Of a stretch of 64,000 nucleotides of DNA, positions 1-11,413 are shown piece by piece. Numbering within the stretch: the stretch's first letter is position 1; each line of letters begins with the position of its first letter. The notes under the pieces are model-generated. The model was not told the DNA's origin. It did no database searches and saw only the letters and a program-made list of their open reading frames with translations. The position numbers and the translations under genes are program-made. The stretch comes from an uncultured Dehalococcoidia bacterium. Its GTDB lineage: Bacteria; Chloroflexota; Dehalococcoidia; Lucifugimonadales; UBA826. The stretch spans positions 56,064 through 120,063 of the forward strand of contig CAYPDR010000018.1 of the NCBI GenBank assembly GCA_964409595.1. Reading direction: 5' to 3'.

Positions 1-161
1 ATTTCGTCGCCTAGAACCTTAAGGTAAAGTGTAACTTGATCTCCGCAAAGAGGATTAAACCCTTCAGCCTTTGATGTAGCGTCGTTCAAAATACCAAAGT
101 TTCGTGGGCGTCGATTGTGATCCATCACTATTTCCTGGTATAAGTCGTGAAGGTCGAACAT
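1..161 (-). CDS. sufU: SufU/IscU-like Fe-S cluster scaffold protein (N-terminal part; continues beyond window start)
   Basis: Reverse-strand translation from ATG at 161: MFDLHDLYQEIVMDHNRRPRNFGILNDATSKAEGFNPLCGDQVTLYLKV..., which matches the typical SufU/NifU-N N-terminus with the NPxCGD motif. It starts 5 nt after the sufD stop. Confidence 0.7.
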   Translation of the reverse strand, partial: MFDLHDLYQEIVMDHNRRPRNFGILNDATSKAEGFNPLCGDQVTLYLKVLGDE

Positions 162-165
162 ATCT

Positions 166-1488
166 TTAGAATTCAAACCTATAACTCGGAAGTGAACTTA
201 GAAAAATATTTTGCAGATATTCTCTTAGACTTTCGATCTCTACTGTTTCTATGATTTCTCCAGCAAAACCATAAATAAGCAACCGGCTAGCAGTTTCTAA
301 ATCGACGCCTCGACTCCTCATGTAGAATACCGTGTCTTCATCTATGTTGCCCGCAGTAGCCCCATGGGCGCACTTTACATCATCCGCATAAATGAACAGG
401 GCTGGCTTACTGTCGACTTCTGCATGTGGCGATAATAAGAGGTTCTTGTCAGATTGAATGGAATCAGTTTTCTGAGCCTCCCTTCTAACTAGAACTGTTC
501 CACCAAAAACCGCACGAGATCTCCCATCTAGAATCCCTTTGTAAAAAAGATTGCTTGTCCCATTAGGCTTAGCATGGTCGATATTAATAAAGTTATCCAT
601 ATGCTGGGAACCAGAAGTAAAATATAATCCTTGCAAATTGCAAGAGCCTCCTTCACCATCAATCAGCACATTTAGGTCATACCTTCCAATATTTGCGCCT
701 TTAAAAAACGATCTTGATTTAAAGCTGGCACCCTCACTTACTTTAACCCGCCCATAACCAATATCAAATGAATCATCACTTTCATCAAGAAGTCTATAAT
801 GACTAACGGAAGCACCTATATCTACAAAAATCTCGGATACGGAATTCGTGAGAGTAGGATCAGTTCCTCCACCAACGTAACTTTCTATGATAGAAGCCGA
901 ACTATTTTGACTGGCTGATATCAGAACCCTAGGATGCGCAACTTGGTTAGACAGCCCGCTGTTAAAAAATATAATGTTGATCGGAGTCGTACTTTCCACA
1001 CCCGACTCAACATTTATGACAATTCCGTCGGTAAGGAAAGAACTATTGAGTGCGGCGAATCCGTCGGAGGATATATCAGTTATAGTCCCGATCTTTCTTC
1101 TTAACTGGTCCGGAGGTTCTTTAAAGTTAGGTTTCCCTTTAATATTAAATATCGAGATTCCTTCAACACTTTGGTCAGAAAATTCCTCCATAAAAATGCC
1201 GTTCACGAAAACAACATTGATCCACGAATCACACCAAGGCGCTGAGGACTGTATTTGAGATAAAGAAATCGACCTGTCCCCTCTGGCTACCTCAAAATCT
1301 AATCTGGCTAACGGAGCCACATTCGTATACTTCCATTTCTCATTACCTTTTCGGGCGGTGGGCAGTCCAACCTCTTCGAAAACGTCCATGGAAGAAGCTC
1401 GAAACCTTTTGACCCATCCTTCAGACTTCTTTTGAAGAGCCTGAAAATCAGTCGCGAATTGGGAATAAGTACTTCGGGTCTGAACCAT
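166..1488 (-). CDS. sufD: Fe-S cluster assembly protein SufD
   Basis: 440-aa ORF directly downstream of sufC, overlapping it by 1 nt. The C-terminal beta-helix region (FYMRSRGVD...LLIYGFA) is typical of SufB/SufD. Confidence 0.85.
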   Translation of the reverse strand: MVQTRSTYSQFATDFQALQKKSEGWVKRFRASSMDVFEEVGLPTARKGNEKWKYTNVAPLARLDFEVARGDRSISLSQIQSSAPWCDSWINVVFVNGIFMEEFSDQSVEGISIFNIKGKPNFKEPPDQLRRKIGTITDISSDGFAALNSSFLTDGIVINVESGVESTTPINIIFFNSGLSNQVAHPRVLISASQNSSASIIESYVGGGTDPTLTNSVSEIFVDIGASVSHYRLLDESDDSFDIGYGRVKVSEGASFKSRSFFKGANIGRYDLNVLIDGEGGSCNLQGLYFTSGSQHMDNFINIDHAKPNGTSNLFYKGILDGRSRAVFGGTVLVRREAQKTDSIQSDKNLLLSPHAEVDSKPALFIYADDVKCAHGATAGNIDEDTVFYMRSRGVDLETASRLLIYGFAGEIIETVEIESLREYLQNIFLSSLPSYRFEF

Positions 1489-2270
1489 TAAGAATCCGCT
1501 CCAGATTCTAGTGACTTCCTGATCCAGTCATACCCTTTCTTTTCTAGTTCGATCGCCAGCTCACCCCCCCCCGATTTTACTATTTTCCCGTCCACTAGAA
1601 CATGGACCTTGTCCGGTGTAATGTAGTCAAGTATTCTTTGATAATGTGTTACAAGCAGAACAGATTTGTTCGGTCCTTTAAAATTGTTGACGCCTTCTGA
1701 CACTATCCTCAGGGCATCAATATCAAGACCTGAGTCTGTCTCGTCCAACATCGCTAGTTCTGGGTCAAGTAGCGCCAATTGTAAAATCTCGTTCCTTTTC
1801 TTCTCTCCCCCCGAGAAACCCTCGTTTACAGAACGCTTAACTAGGTCGGGATCCATCTCGACCAACTTTCTTTTTTCTTCGAGAAGTCTGTCGAAATCTC
1901 GAACCCTCATTTCTTGTTCTCCACGTTCCTTTCGGATTGAATCGACCGCTGACTTCAAAAATTGCCAGGTGCGGACTCCAGGTAGCTCAACCGGGTATTG
2001 GAAAGCTAGAAATATGCCACTCCTAGCACGAATATCTGGTTCTAAACTCACAATGTTTGAGCCTTTATAAAGGATTTCCCCCGAGTCAACCAGATACCCT
2101 GGTCTTCCTGCGATAACATTCGCAAGTGTGCTTTTACCGGACCCGTTCGGCCCCATAATCGCATGGACTTCCCCCAGCCTCACAGTGAGATCGATTCCTT
2201 TGAGGATTTCCGTCTCCTCGACTGAAGCATGGAGATCTCTTATCTCAAGTAAATTTTCATTCTGTGTCAT
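1488..2270 (-). CDS. sufC: Fe-S cluster assembly ATPase SufC
   Basis: Walker [13 protein letters not shown] signature FSGGEKKR and Walker [13 protein letters not shown]. Located between sufB and sufD. Confidence 0.95.
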   Translation of the reverse strand: MTQNENLLEIRDLHASVEETEILKGIDLTVRLGEVHAIMGPNGSGKSTLANVIAGRPGYLVDSGEILYKGSNIVSLEPDIRARSGIFLAFQYPVELPGVRTWQFLKSAVDSIRKERGEQEMRVRDFDRLLEEKRKLVEMDPDLVKRSVNEGFSGGEKKRNEILQLALLDPELAMLDETDSGLDIDALRIVSEGVNNFKGPNKSVLLVTHYQRILDYITPDKVHVLVDGKIVKSGGGELAIELEKKGYDWIRKSLESGADS

Positions 2271-3734
2271 TTACCCAACCGTACCTTCCAAATTAACCCT
2301 AAGAAGTTGTGACGCTTCCATGGCGAATTCGAACGGCAGCTCCTTAAATATTCCCCTGCAGAATCCGTTAATGACCATGTAATTCGCCTCTTCAAGATCA
2401 ATACCTCTTTGTTGTAAATAGAACAGCTGATCATCATTTACTTTGGAAGTTGTCGCCTCGTGCCCCATTTGCGCTGTCGGATTTCTAACTTCAATATACG
2501 GAACTGTGTGAGCTCCACATTGATCTCCTATAAGAAGAGAATCACATTGAGTAAAGTTCCTAGAATTATCAGCATTCGGAAGAATGGAAACTTGTCCTCT
2601 GTAAGTGTTTTCAGCCTTGCCCGCTGATATACCCTTGGCGATGATAGTACTCCTTGTGTTTTTGCCAATGTGTATCATCTTGGTCCCAGTATCGGCTTGT
2701 TGGTAGTTATTTACCAACGCAACAGAATAAAACTCACCTGTTGAATTATCTCCCTGGAGTATTACACTCGGATACTTCCAAGTGATAGCAGAACCAGTTT
2801 CTACTTGGGTCCATGATATTTTGGAGCTCTCCCCCCGCGCAGCTCCTCGCTTCGTAACGAAGTTGTAAACGCCTCCATTCCCATCTTTATCTCCTGGATA
2901 CCAATTTTGCAGAGTTGAGTACTTGATTTCAGCACCTTTTAACGCAACGAGTTCAACGACAGCTGCATGCAACTGGTGTGTCTTTCGCATAGGAGCAGTA
3001 CAGCCTTCTAGGTAGCTGACGTAGCTTCCTTCATCCGCAATGATGAGGGTTCTCTCGAACTGTCCTGAGTCAACTGCGTTGATTCTGAAATACGTCATCA
3101 GCTCAATAGGGCATCTAACTCCCGGGGGCACGTAGCAGAATGACCCGTCACTAAATACTGCCGAATTCAGTGTGGCATAGAAGTTATCACTATATGGGAC
3201 AACGGAACCCAGATATTTCTCCACCAATTCAGGATACTTTTGGACAGCTTCACTGATAGGACAAAAAATCACACCTGCTTCTTCAAGCATGTCTTGATAA
3301 GTAGTAGCTACTGAAACACTATCTAGAACAGCATCCACGGCGACACCGCTAAGTTTTTTTTGTTCCTCCAACGGTATGCCTAGCTTTTCGAAAGCTTCTA
3401 ATAGTTCGGGGTCGATTTCATCCAAACTCTTTGGCGCGTCATCTTTCGATTTCGGAGCTGCATAATAGATAATGTCTTGAAAATCAATGTCGTCGAATTT
3501 TACTTTTGCCCATTTGGGAGTCGCGTCATCCCCTTGACTTTGCCAATGCCTAAACGCTTTAAGACGCCAATCCAGTAACCACTGAGGCTCATTTTTCTTG
3601 CTTGATATGAAGCGGACTATGCCTTCATTAAGCCCCTTGGGAGCAACTTCCGATTCTATATCAAAATCAAACCCCCATTTGTATTGTTTATCCTCAACTC
3701 CTGTCTGACGGGAGATGACTCTCTGTTCCGGCAT
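2271..3734 (-). CDS. sufB: Fe-S cluster assembly protein SufB
   Basis: 487 aa with conserved SufB blocks ([28 protein letters not shown]). GGAGG lies 10 nt upstream of the ATG. Confidence 0.95.
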   Translation of the reverse strand: MPEQRVISRQTGVEDKQYKWGFDFDIESEVAPKGLNEGIVRFISSKKNEPQWLLDWRLKAFRHWQSQGDDATPKWAKVKFDDIDFQDIIYYAAPKSKDDAPKSLDEIDPELLEAFEKLGIPLEEQKKLSGVAVDAVLDSVSVATTYQDMLEEAGVIFCPISEAVQKYPELVEKYLGSVVPYSDNFYATLNSAVFSDGSFCYVPPGVRCPIELMTYFRINAVDSGQFERTLIIADEGSYVSYLEGCTAPMRKTHQLHAAVVELVALKGAEIKYSTLQNWYPGDKDGNGGVYNFVTKRGAARGESSKISWTQVETGSAITWKYPSVILQGDNSTGEFYSVALVNNYQQADTGTKMIHIGKNTRSTIIAKGISAGKAENTYRGQVSILPNADNSRNFTQCDSLLIGDQCGAHTVPYIEVRNPTAQMGHEATTSKVNDDQLFYLQQRGIDLEEANYMVINGFCRGIFKELPFEFAMEASQLLRVNLEGTVG

Positions 3735-4091
3735 ATCTTAAGAGCCTCCATTTTCGACATCTTTCATTTCGAGATACGAATCTAGTCAACTATCAAACCC
3801 ATTTGGTCGAGATTTGAGCAACCTTGAAGTAGCTTCCCAAAAAAGGTTGTTGAGTTATTCAGTCAACAATCAGGTTAAAATATAACATCGGCAATACTTT
3901 CGGGTCAAAGATAAAAATACGGAATGTAGTCACAAATCGTACACGATTATCCAGCAACGCTCCGTTTAGCCTCAAAACACCAACCAGAGCTATTAATAGA
4001 GCATTCACCACGAGATCAACTTGGGTCGTAGGGGCTATGACATTCAGGGTACTTCACACTCGGATAGCATGAGAACGTTCTCGACGACAAG

Positions 4092-4568
4092 CTACCCTAA
4101 AATTTGCACAATAATTTCCCGATGTTCTAGTTGGGTTGCCTTCTCTCCATCAAGTTCCACTATGAAGACCCTCTGCCATTCCCCGAGCGCCATGACACTG
4201 TCAATCACTGGAATTGATTCACTCGATCCCAAAGTTAGGTGCTGGCAGTGCGAATGGCCATTCGGGCACTCATTATCGTGCATATGCACAGTTCGCACGT
4301 CAAAGTCGTTGTGCTGATACTCGCCTTTACTTGAAGCGATCCCTTCCAACAGCCTTTTGAAATCTTCTATGAGAAGAGGTTCGTTTTCTTGAATAACTAT
4401 TGCAGCCGTTGTGTGTCGTGAGAAAACAACCGCAATACCATTTACGATCCCGGAAGCGACTACGCACTCGGCTATCTCTTCCGTTATGTCAATGAATTCC
4501 GGTGACTTCGATGTCTTGACTGTGAGGGTGTAAGAACGAGCTTTCATATCTACTTCAGAAACATTCAT
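4092..4568 (-). CDS. YjbQ/UPF0047 family protein (secondary thiamine-phosphate synthase-like)
   Basis: 158 aa. The SRHTTAAIVIQENE and NGHSHCQH motifs are typical of the YjbQ family. Confidence 0.8.
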   Translation of the reverse strand: MNVSEVDMKARSYTLTVKTSKSPEFIDITEEIAECVVASGIVNGIAVVFSRHTTAAIVIQENEPLLIEDFKRLLEGIASSKGEYQHNDFDVRTVHMHDNECPNGHSHCQHLTLGSSESIPVIDSVMALGEWQRVFIVELDGEKATQLEHREIIVQILG

Positions 4569-4769
4569 ATATTAGAAACCTCTAGCAACAACTGATATAG
4601 GTATAGGCGGGGGGAATCTAGACCTCACAATTCAGGAAACTTCTGCTATGTTAACCATTCTAACCGTTTTTGTTCATCTGTTCACCATTGAACTCTATTT
4701 GCAAATGTACAAAACAAATTGTAGTACAACATTCACCCACTATATTTCTCTGAACCAATTAACTGAGTT

Positions 4770-5525
4770 TCATGGTAAAACTAACGAATGAAGCCTGGAT
4801 ATCACTTGCTCAATTTTCCTTTTTGCCCTTCTTCGTCTAGAAAGGAATATCAAATACGGCATAACATTTTGAGGTAATAATGCTGCCTTAATTCGCTGCG
4901 ATCGGGTCATTGATTCCAGTCTGCCAGAAAAGGTTGAAACAGTATTTGATCTGGGATTATTTATACTTCGCAGAATCGCAAAGGGAACCCCGTATCTATT
5001 GCAAGCTTCGGCCACTAAAGTCCCATCACGTTCAATTAATAATGAGTCAAATTCCTCTCCCAGCCAAAGCTTCATGTTTTTGTTAGTCACAAATTCTGGA
5101 GCCGAGACGGCTCTGCCTCTAGGATAGGATCTTTTATTGTCATCATGATTTAGGTTATCGAATAGTGCTTGCAACGAACGACTTGAAGGCACATCGATAG
5201 GGCTGCCCGATCCTTTCGACCAGAGAGCCATAGGTCCATTTAGACTTATGATCTCCTCGCAAAGTATGACAGCTCCCACACTTACGGAAAAATCTAATGA
5301 AGTTCCAAAGCCAATTGATATTACAAAATTGGGCGAGTACTCACTAATCAATCTTTCCGTCGCCGTCAAAGTACTTTCTCCTGAGGCACCTGTGACAACG
5401 ACCATATCTTCCAGAAGTGGAGACATGTAGCTTGCAAAAGAACCGAAGTTTGAGATTGCTTTGAATCCGTTTCTCCGTAGGAACGGCTTAACTATGCCCT
5501 TTTCTGGTACCAAAATGCCTTTCAA
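4770..5525 (-). CDS. PNP_UDP_1 (nucleoside phosphorylase/MTAN-like) superfamily protein; possibly MqnB/HpnG-like
   Basis: The pattern VVVTGASGES...ISIGFGTSL...VGAVILCEE...VPFAILRSINNP resembles the MTAN/futalosine-hydrolase fold. The specific function is not resolvable from sequence alone. Confidence 0.5.
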   Translation of the reverse strand: MKGILVPEKGIVKPFLRRNGFKAISNFGSFASYMSPLLEDMVVVTGASGESTLTATERLISEYSPNFVISIGFGTSLDFSVSVGAVILCEEIISLNGPMALWSKGSGSPIDVPSSRSLQALFDNLNHDDNKRSYPRGRAVSAPEFVTNKNMKLWLGEEFDSLLIERDGTLVAEACNRYGVPFAILRSINNPRSNTVSTFSGRLESMTRSQRIKAALLPQNVMPYLIFLSRRRRAKRKIEQVISRLHSLVLP

Positions 5526-5577
5526 GACTACCTACCACATGCAGAGCTGTTTGTATCAATCACATCTTTCCATATAG

Positions 5578-6627
5578 TCAAAATTCTCGGTTAGCTAGAA
5601 AATGGGCGAGTTCGGTGAAATCATCCATCGCTTCTCTGCTCAATCGTGCTTGTCCCAACGCGTCTAATGCCTTATCGCAAAATTCTTCCGCTAAGCCTTG
5701 TGAATACTCCCTGCTCCGAACATCTTCCATGATTTCCAGTACTAGTTCCACATCCCCATCTCCTAATTCGTTCTTAGAATACACTTCTTTTAAAGTTTTT
5801 TTTGACACCCCTTGCGCTTCTGACATTGCATACACAAGAGGTAACGAGTTCTTTTTACGCCTAATATCGGATCCTACTGGTTTTCCAGTCAGATGTTCTT
5901 TACCCCAGGTACCCAAAATATCGTCTCTAATTTGAAATACGTGCCCTAGCGATCGCCCTGACCGGTGAAACATACTGACCACCTCGTCGTCTGCTTCTCC
6001 AATTATTGCTCCAAGGTGGATCGAACACCTTATTAAGGCCCCAGTCTTTCTAGCTATCATATTCATATATTGACGCAAACTTATGCTGGATTTCCCTTCG
6101 AAGGAGATATCCATATACTGACCTTCGATCATATCTAAACACGCTTCAGTTAGCAGCTCCACCTGTTTAACTGTCGTGCCAACGTGGATCTCCCCATAAG
6201 CCTCCAAGGACCTGTCCGCAACCATTCTAAGCACATCTCCAGCAACCAAAGCTTTAGGTACTCCCCAAACAGACCAAAGAGTAGGCCTGTGATGTCTGAT
6301 CTCATCAAAATCCTGTATTTCGTCGTGGATCAACGAAAAGTTGTGTATAAGCTCCAGAGATACAGCGGTTGGCATTGCATTTGTTGCCTTTCCACCTACA
6401 GATTCGCAGGCAAATAAGCATAATGAAGGGCGTAGCGCCTTTCCAGCTATACTTTCAACAGGTTTTCCTGTTTTATCTGCCCATCCCAAGCAATATCGCA
6501 GCATGTCATAAACTAAGATTGATTGATCAGAAATACTTATTTTCAGAGCCGCGGAAATTTCGTCCCTATACCTGTCCAATATTCTAGGGACGGCTGGAGA
6601 TATTTGAACTTTACGATCGTCTGCCAA
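5578..6627 (-). CDS. Polyprenyl diphosphate synthase (trans-isoprenyl diphosphate synthase family)
   Basis: First Asp-rich motif region LIHDEIQDFDEIRHHRPT and second motif FQIRDDILGTWG, similar to the actinobacterial Ids type. 349 aa. Confidence 0.85.
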   Translation of the reverse strand: MADDRKVQISPAVPRILDRYRDEISAALKISISDQSILVYDMLRYCLGWADKTGKPVESIAGKALRPSLCLFACESVGGKATNAMPTAVSLELIHNFSLIHDEIQDFDEIRHHRPTLWSVWGVPKALVAGDVLRMVADRSLEAYGEIHVGTTVKQVELLTEACLDMIEGQYMDISFEGKSSISLRQYMNMIARKTGALIRCSIHLGAIIGEADDEVVSMFHRSGRSLGHVFQIRDDILGTWGKEHLTGKPVGSDIRRKKNSLPLVYAMSEAQGVSKKTLKEVYSKNELGDGDVELVLEIMEDVRSREYSQGLAEEFCDKALDALGQARLSREAMDDFTELAHFLANREF

Positions 6628-6954
6628 TTTTTAAATACTCCCCCACGTGATCAAACCGGACTTCCATTATCTGATTTTCACTTCTACGCTTGGAAAATTT
6701 TATACTACTGACAATAGTTCTCTCTTCCTACTATTAGGCAATTTCAGAACGTTAACCACATATGAGATTCTCATAGGATCCTCACTCTCTGACTGAGATA
6801 CAAACACGCCAGTCGTTTTCACCTCTATTGTGCGTTTTTTCACTTGCTAGGAATACTGAGAATATGCTATATTTCGCCCGATAGAATAGGGGCGATTCAG
6901 GTCCAGATTAGCTGGACCACGTCCTCAAAATACTCGCAAGTATCGGCGGGAAGA

Positions 6955-7350
6955 ATGCTCGACGAATATTTCAGACAATACGGTGTGATTGCCATTTTCG
7001 CTGCGCTGGCAGTGGCCGTCCCGACAAGCATGTTAATTATCTCGTGGTTCTTATCAGTCGTAAAAATCAAACCTAATAATCCCTCCCCCGTAAAAAACAG
7101 CATTTACGAGTGCGGCTTTGAGACTATTACTGACCGTTGGAACAACTTCAACTTTCGTTACTACAGCATCGCACTCCTATTCGTCATATTCGATGTGGAA
7201 GTCGTTTTTTTGTTCCCATGGGCAGCTAGCTTCGGAACATTATCAGCAGAATTTGGATTTTTTGTGCTCGCCGAAATGGCAGTTTTTATAGGAATACTTT
7301 TGCTTGGGTGGTTATACGCATGGAAAAAAGGATCCCTAGAATGGAGTTGA
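6955..7350 (+). CDS. nuoA: NADH-quinone oxidoreductase subunit A
   Basis: The ORF track opens at TTG 6844. The NuoA-like sequence (three TM helices, YECGFE motif) begins at ATG 6955, preceded by GGCGGGAAG. Confidence 0.85.
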   Translation: MLDEYFRQYGVIAIFAALAVAVPTSMLIISWFLSVVKIKPNNPSPVKNSIYECGFETITDRWNNFNFRYYSIALLFVIFDVEVVFLFPWAASFGTLSAEFGFFVLAEMAVFIGILLLGWLYAWKKGSLEWS

Positions 7351-7973
7351 ATGAACAAGCCTTGAATGAAGATTCCTTGTTAGAAATCCCACTTCACGAC
7401 ACTACATGGGAACTCGATCTCCGTGAAGGTGAATATGTCAATCATCTGAAGTCCACCCACACAGAGTCCCTTGCTGAACCTATTATCGAAGTACCTGACG
7501 ACCTCCAAAGAAACATCGCAGTGACTTCCGTAGACGCCCTGATAGGTTGGGGCAGAAAATCGGCTGTTTGGCCGCTTTCATTTGGACTGGCATGCTGCGC
7601 TTTCGAAATGATGGCGAGCGCCATGTCCCGTTTTGACATATCTAGATTCGGAATGGAAGTGTTCAGGCCCTCTCCCAGACAAGCAGACCTCATGATTATC
7701 GCCGGGACAGTAACTTGGAAAATGGCTCCGGCAATAGAGAGGGTATATGAGCAAATGGCAGAACCTAGGTGGGTAATCTCGATGGGGGTCTGCGCAACCA
7801 GTGGTGGTCCCTACTATGGGTCCTATAGCGTCGTTCCAGGCGTAAACCACATCATTCCTGTTGATGTGTATGTACCAGGCTGCCCCCCTCGCCCGGACGC
7901 TCTTTTGTACGGCATCATGCAGTTACATGAAAAAATTAAACGATATTCTTTGAAGAATCGGAACCTATCTTGA
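7341..7973 (+). CDS. nuoB: NADH-quinone oxidoreductase subunit B
   Basis: Contains [20 protein letters not shown] and VPGCPPRP (the N2 cluster cysteines). ATG 7341 overlaps the nuoA stop; the ORF track opens at 7308. Confidence 0.9.
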   Translation: MELNEQALNEDSLLEIPLHDTTWELDLREGEYVNHLKSTHTESLAEPIIEVPDDLQRNIAVTSVDALIGWGRKSAVWPLSFGLACCAFEMMASAMSRFDISRFGMEVFRPSPRQADLMIIAGTVTWKMAPAIERVYEQMAEPRWVISMGVCATSGGPYYGSYSVVPGVNHIIPVDVYVPGCPPRPDALLYGIMQLHEKIKRYSLKNRNLS

Positions 7974-8419
7974 CAAGGTTCTTGGACGGTGAGGCTTTAG
8001 CAAAAGCCATTGAAGAGCGAACTCCCGGATCTGTGATTAAAAGATCCGAATCAGGAATCTGGGTAAAACCAGTTAAAATCCTAGATGTGTGTAGAATCCT
8101 AAAAGACCCGTCTGGCTTAGATTTCTCTTATCTAACCTCCATAACAGCCATAGATTACGTGGAACATTTTGAACTTATTTATCATTTGCTTTCTATGAGA
8201 AACAACTATGGAGCCGTCGTGAAAACACTCTGCCCTGGCAGGAATGAACCCTCTCTACCCTCCGTAACAGGCGTATGGCAGGGAGCAGATCTGCAGGAGC
8301 GGGAAATCTGGGATCTGATGGGCATTAAATTTGAAGGTCACCCAAATTTGAAACGAATTCTACTTTGGGAAGGATTTGATGGACATCCACTCAGAAAAGA
8401 TTATCTGGATATCCAGTGA
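7970..8419 (+). CDS. nuoC: NADH-quinone oxidoreductase subunit C
   Basis: 149 aa containing [23 protein letters not shown]. Its TTG start overlaps the nuoB stop. Confidence 0.85.
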   Translation: MTRFLDGEALAKAIEERTPGSVIKRSESGIWVKPVKILDVCRILKDPSGLDFSYLTSITAIDYVEHFELIYHLLSMRNNYGAVVKTLCPGRNEPSLPSVTGVWQGADLQEREIWDLMGIKFEGHPNLKRILLWEGFDGHPLRKDYLDIQ

Positions 8420-9522
8420 CTAATATACGTACCGAACCGGTTACTATAAATCTTGGACCACAGCATCCCAGTACCCATGGTGTTTTCAGATTACGTGTCA
8501 CATTTGATGGAGAAGAAATCATCGATGTTGAACCTGTATTCGGTTATCTTCATCGAGGCACTGAGAAATTAGCGGAATCGAGAAATTACGTACAGATAGT
8601 TACGCTGACGGACCGAATGGATTATGTTGCCAGCATGTCCAATAACCTTGCCTATGTTCGGACGGTGGAAAAATTGGCGAATATAGAGGTGCCAGAGCGA
8701 GCTCAATACATAAGGGTTATAAGCGCAGAACTGCAGCGAATAGCCAGTCATTTAATGGCCACTGGGTTCCTGCTGAATGACCTAGGGGCACTAGCAACTC
8801 CATTGATATATTGCTTCCGAGAGCGGGAAAGAATTCTGGACCTATTTGAAATGCTTTGCGGAGCAAGAATCACTTTGAGTTATATGCGCCCAGGCGGGGT
8901 ATTTCAAGACGCGCCTAGGGAATTTTGGGAATCACTGGACACCGTAATTGGAGACTTGCCGAACTATCTGGACGAACTCGAAACCTTAATCACATCTAAT
9001 GAGATAGTTTTGGCCAGAACGAGGGGTGTGGGTCTCTTGTCAGACGCTCAAGCCATAGACGCTTCGGTATCGGGGCCAAATCTGAGGGCATCCGGAGTTA
9101 AGTGGGATTTGAGAAAAGCAGATCCATACGAGATATATGACAGGATCAAGTTCAACACGCCTATTGGAAGTCTTGGTGACACCTTCGACCGATATTACGT
9201 CAGATTGTTGGAAATGAGAGAAAGCGTCCGTATTATATCTCAGTGTGTTGAACAAATTGAAGAAGGTCCGATACGAACCAATACGCCATTCTTCGTGAGG
9301 CCGCCTAAAGGGGAAGCATATTGTTCTGTAGAGGGGCCCAAAGGAGAATTGGGTTTCTATATGGTTAGTGATGGCAGCATCGCCCCCTACAGATGCAAAG
9401 TGCGAGCACCATCATTTCTCAATCTCACTCCACTGAGAGACATGCTCAAGGGTTGGAAAATGGGTGATCTTATCATCATACTGGGATCGATTGACATAGT
9501 GCTCGGTGAGGTAGATCGCTAA
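8416..9522 (+). CDS. nuoD: NADH-quinone oxidoreductase subunit D
   Basis: Contains [22 protein letters not shown] and the C-terminal GEVDR. 368 aa. Confidence 0.95.
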   Translation: MTNIRTEPVTINLGPQHPSTHGVFRLRVTFDGEEIIDVEPVFGYLHRGTEKLAESRNYVQIVTLTDRMDYVASMSNNLAYVRTVEKLANIEVPERAQYIRVISAELQRIASHLMATGFLLNDLGALATPLIYCFRERERILDLFEMLCGARITLSYMRPGGVFQDAPREFWESLDTVIGDLPNYLDELETLITSNEIVLARTRGVGLLSDAQAIDASVSGPNLRASGVKWDLRKADPYEIYDRIKFNTPIGSLGDTFDRYYVRLLEMRESVRIISQCVEQIEEGPIRTNTPFFVRPPKGEAYCSVEGPKGELGFYMVSDGSIAPYRCKVRAPSFLNLTPLRDMLKGWKMGDLIIILGSIDIVLGEVDR

Positions 9523-10739
9523 TGTCATTGGATGGGCTGATAGACTTCTATGTGATGGATCAATTTTTTGAATCTATTTTTGAATCTCTTGGCATGGGTT
9601 CAGAAACTGCCGGTATAGCAGCATTCCTAAGCGCCGGCATTACCATTTCCTTCATCGTAATCAACGTGATGATACTTTCAACAGCATTTTATACGTGGTT
9701 TGAGAGGCGTATATTGGGCAGATTTCAGGTCAGACGTGGACCAAACAGACACGGGCCTTTTGGCATCCTCCAACCTTTCGCAGACGTCTTGAAACTAATA
9801 ATGAAAGAAGACACCATCCCGGACGAAGCAGATAAGCCTGTCATGACTTTAGCACCGATAGCTTTGGTGGCACCCACTCTTCTTATTATCACAGTGATAC
9901 CGCTTTCAGAAGACTCTTTTCTGGGCAGTCTAAATATCGGGATACTATTTATAGTTGGTGTAACCTCAGTAAATTCCATAGCGATATTTATGGCTGGGTG
10001 GGGATCTAGAAATAAATATGCTGTTCTAGGTTCGATGAGAGGCGCTGCAATGTTAATAAGTTACGAAATCCCCATGGCTCTCGGCATAACCAGCGTCCTC
10101 CTTCTATCTGGTTCACTTGCAATGACCGAAATAATGAAAAGCCAACAGATTTGGTTTATCGCTGTGATGCCCATGGGATTCCTAGTATTTATGGCTGCCG
10201 CCACTGCTGAAATGAGCCGAACTCCTTTTGATCAGATAGAAGCGGAATCTGAACTTGGATCCGGATATAACACGGAATTCAGCGGTATTAAGTTCGCGAT
10301 CCTATTCCTGGCTGAGTTTATGGCACCGATTGTTACTGCTGCTGTCGTGACAACACTTTTCCTGGGCGGAACCAAAGGATTTGATCCCATACCTGGCCAA
10401 GTATGGTTCGCTACCAAAGCACTTATAGTCATATTTGTTCTGCTGTGGTTTAGAGCAACCTGGCCACGCCTTAGAGTTGATCAAATAATGGGGTTCGCAT
10501 GGAAAGGTCTTTTCGGACTAGGAATATTAAACATTTTCTTGGTAGCAACTGAAGTTTTTATACTGAGCATGAATGATGGCAAAATAACCGTCTCAGATAT
10601 GTTGATAATGGCTGGTGTTAACTGGCTAACAACAGCAGTGACTCTGGTCACTATAATGCACTTCCTGGGTAAAAAGAAATTCTATAGGCCGGAACCGATA
10701 CCTTCACCGTTAGCAAATATGGGAATAGAGGCAGACTGA
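9522..10739 (+). CDS. nuoH: NADH-quinone oxidoreductase subunit H
   Basis: Contains ERRILGRFQVRRGPNRHGPFGILQPFAD and is polytopic. Its start overlaps the nuoD stop, so nuoE, nuoF and nuoG cannot lie between them. Confidence 0.95.
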   Translation: MSLDGLIDFYVMDQFFESIFESLGMGSETAGIAAFLSAGITISFIVINVMILSTAFYTWFERRILGRFQVRRGPNRHGPFGILQPFADVLKLIMKEDTIPDEADKPVMTLAPIALVAPTLLIITVIPLSEDSFLGSLNIGILFIVGVTSVNSIAIFMAGWGSRNKYAVLGSMRGAAMLISYEIPMALGITSVLLLSGSLAMTEIMKSQQIWFIAVMPMGFLVFMAAATAEMSRTPFDQIEAESELGSGYNTEFSGIKFAILFLAEFMAPIVTAAVVTTLFLGGTKGFDPIPGQVWFATKALIVIFVLLWFRATWPRLRVDQIMGFAWKGLFGLGILNIFLVATEVFILSMNDGKITVSDMLIMAGVNWLTTAVTLVTIMHFLGKKKFYRPEPIPSPLANMGIEAD

Positions 10740-10741
10740 AC

Positions 10742-11413
10742 ATGTACGGACTTGGAGTAATAAGCGGATTAGGCGTCACTATGAAAAATTTCATATTGCC
10801 GCAGCGACAATTCAACATTCATCAATATCCTAATAGAAAGGCCAGTCCGAGAGATTTAGCAAAACTAGAGAACAAAAACACTCTTTATTTCATGCTGACC
10901 AGACCGAATAGAACCATCAAATCACTAATCGGACTGGAAACTATTCAGGAAAAATTGCCACAACATGATCGTTTCAGAGGCGAGGAATTTGCATGGTATG
11001 ACCAGAGATGCACAGGATGCGCCAGCTGCGCGAAATACTGCCCGTTGGGAATTATAAAAATTGTGACTGACACTAGCGGAGCCAACTTGCAAGAAGGGCA
11101 AAGCTACGATATAGAAGTATTCGATATTGATATCGGGCGCTGCATGTTCTGTGGATTGTGCGTAGAAGCCTGCCCTTACGACGCTCTCCATATGGGAAGT
11201 GGGTTTGAAGAGGGAAAATACTCACGTAACGAACTTGTTATAGATGTTAACCAATTAAAAAAAGCCGAGAAAAAACCCAGTACATGGTTCAGGCCCCAAC
11301 TATCTGATCGGGGGCACGATCCTATAGGAGGAGATCAGGCAGCGTGGGATGAAGTCGGCAGACATGAGAAACCTTCGCTCGGGGATCAGGAGGAAAGGTG
11401 GGCTAAAAGATGA
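10742..11413 (+). CDS. nuoI: NADH-quinone oxidoreductase subunit I (2x[4Fe-4S])
   Basis: Contains CTGCASCAKYCP and CMFCGLCVEACP. At 223 aa it is longer than typical because of N- and C-terminal extensions. Confidence 0.9.
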   Translation: MYGLGVISGLGVTMKNFILPQRQFNIHQYPNRKASPRDLAKLENKNTLYFMLTRPNRTIKSLIGLETIQEKLPQHDRFRGEEFAWYDQRCTGCASCAKYCPLGIIKIVTDTSGANLQEGQSYDIEVFDIDIGRCMFCGLCVEACPYDALHMGSGFEEGKYSRNELVIDVNQLKKAEKKPSTWFRPQLSDRGHDPIGGDQAAWDEVGRHEKPSLGDQEERWAKR

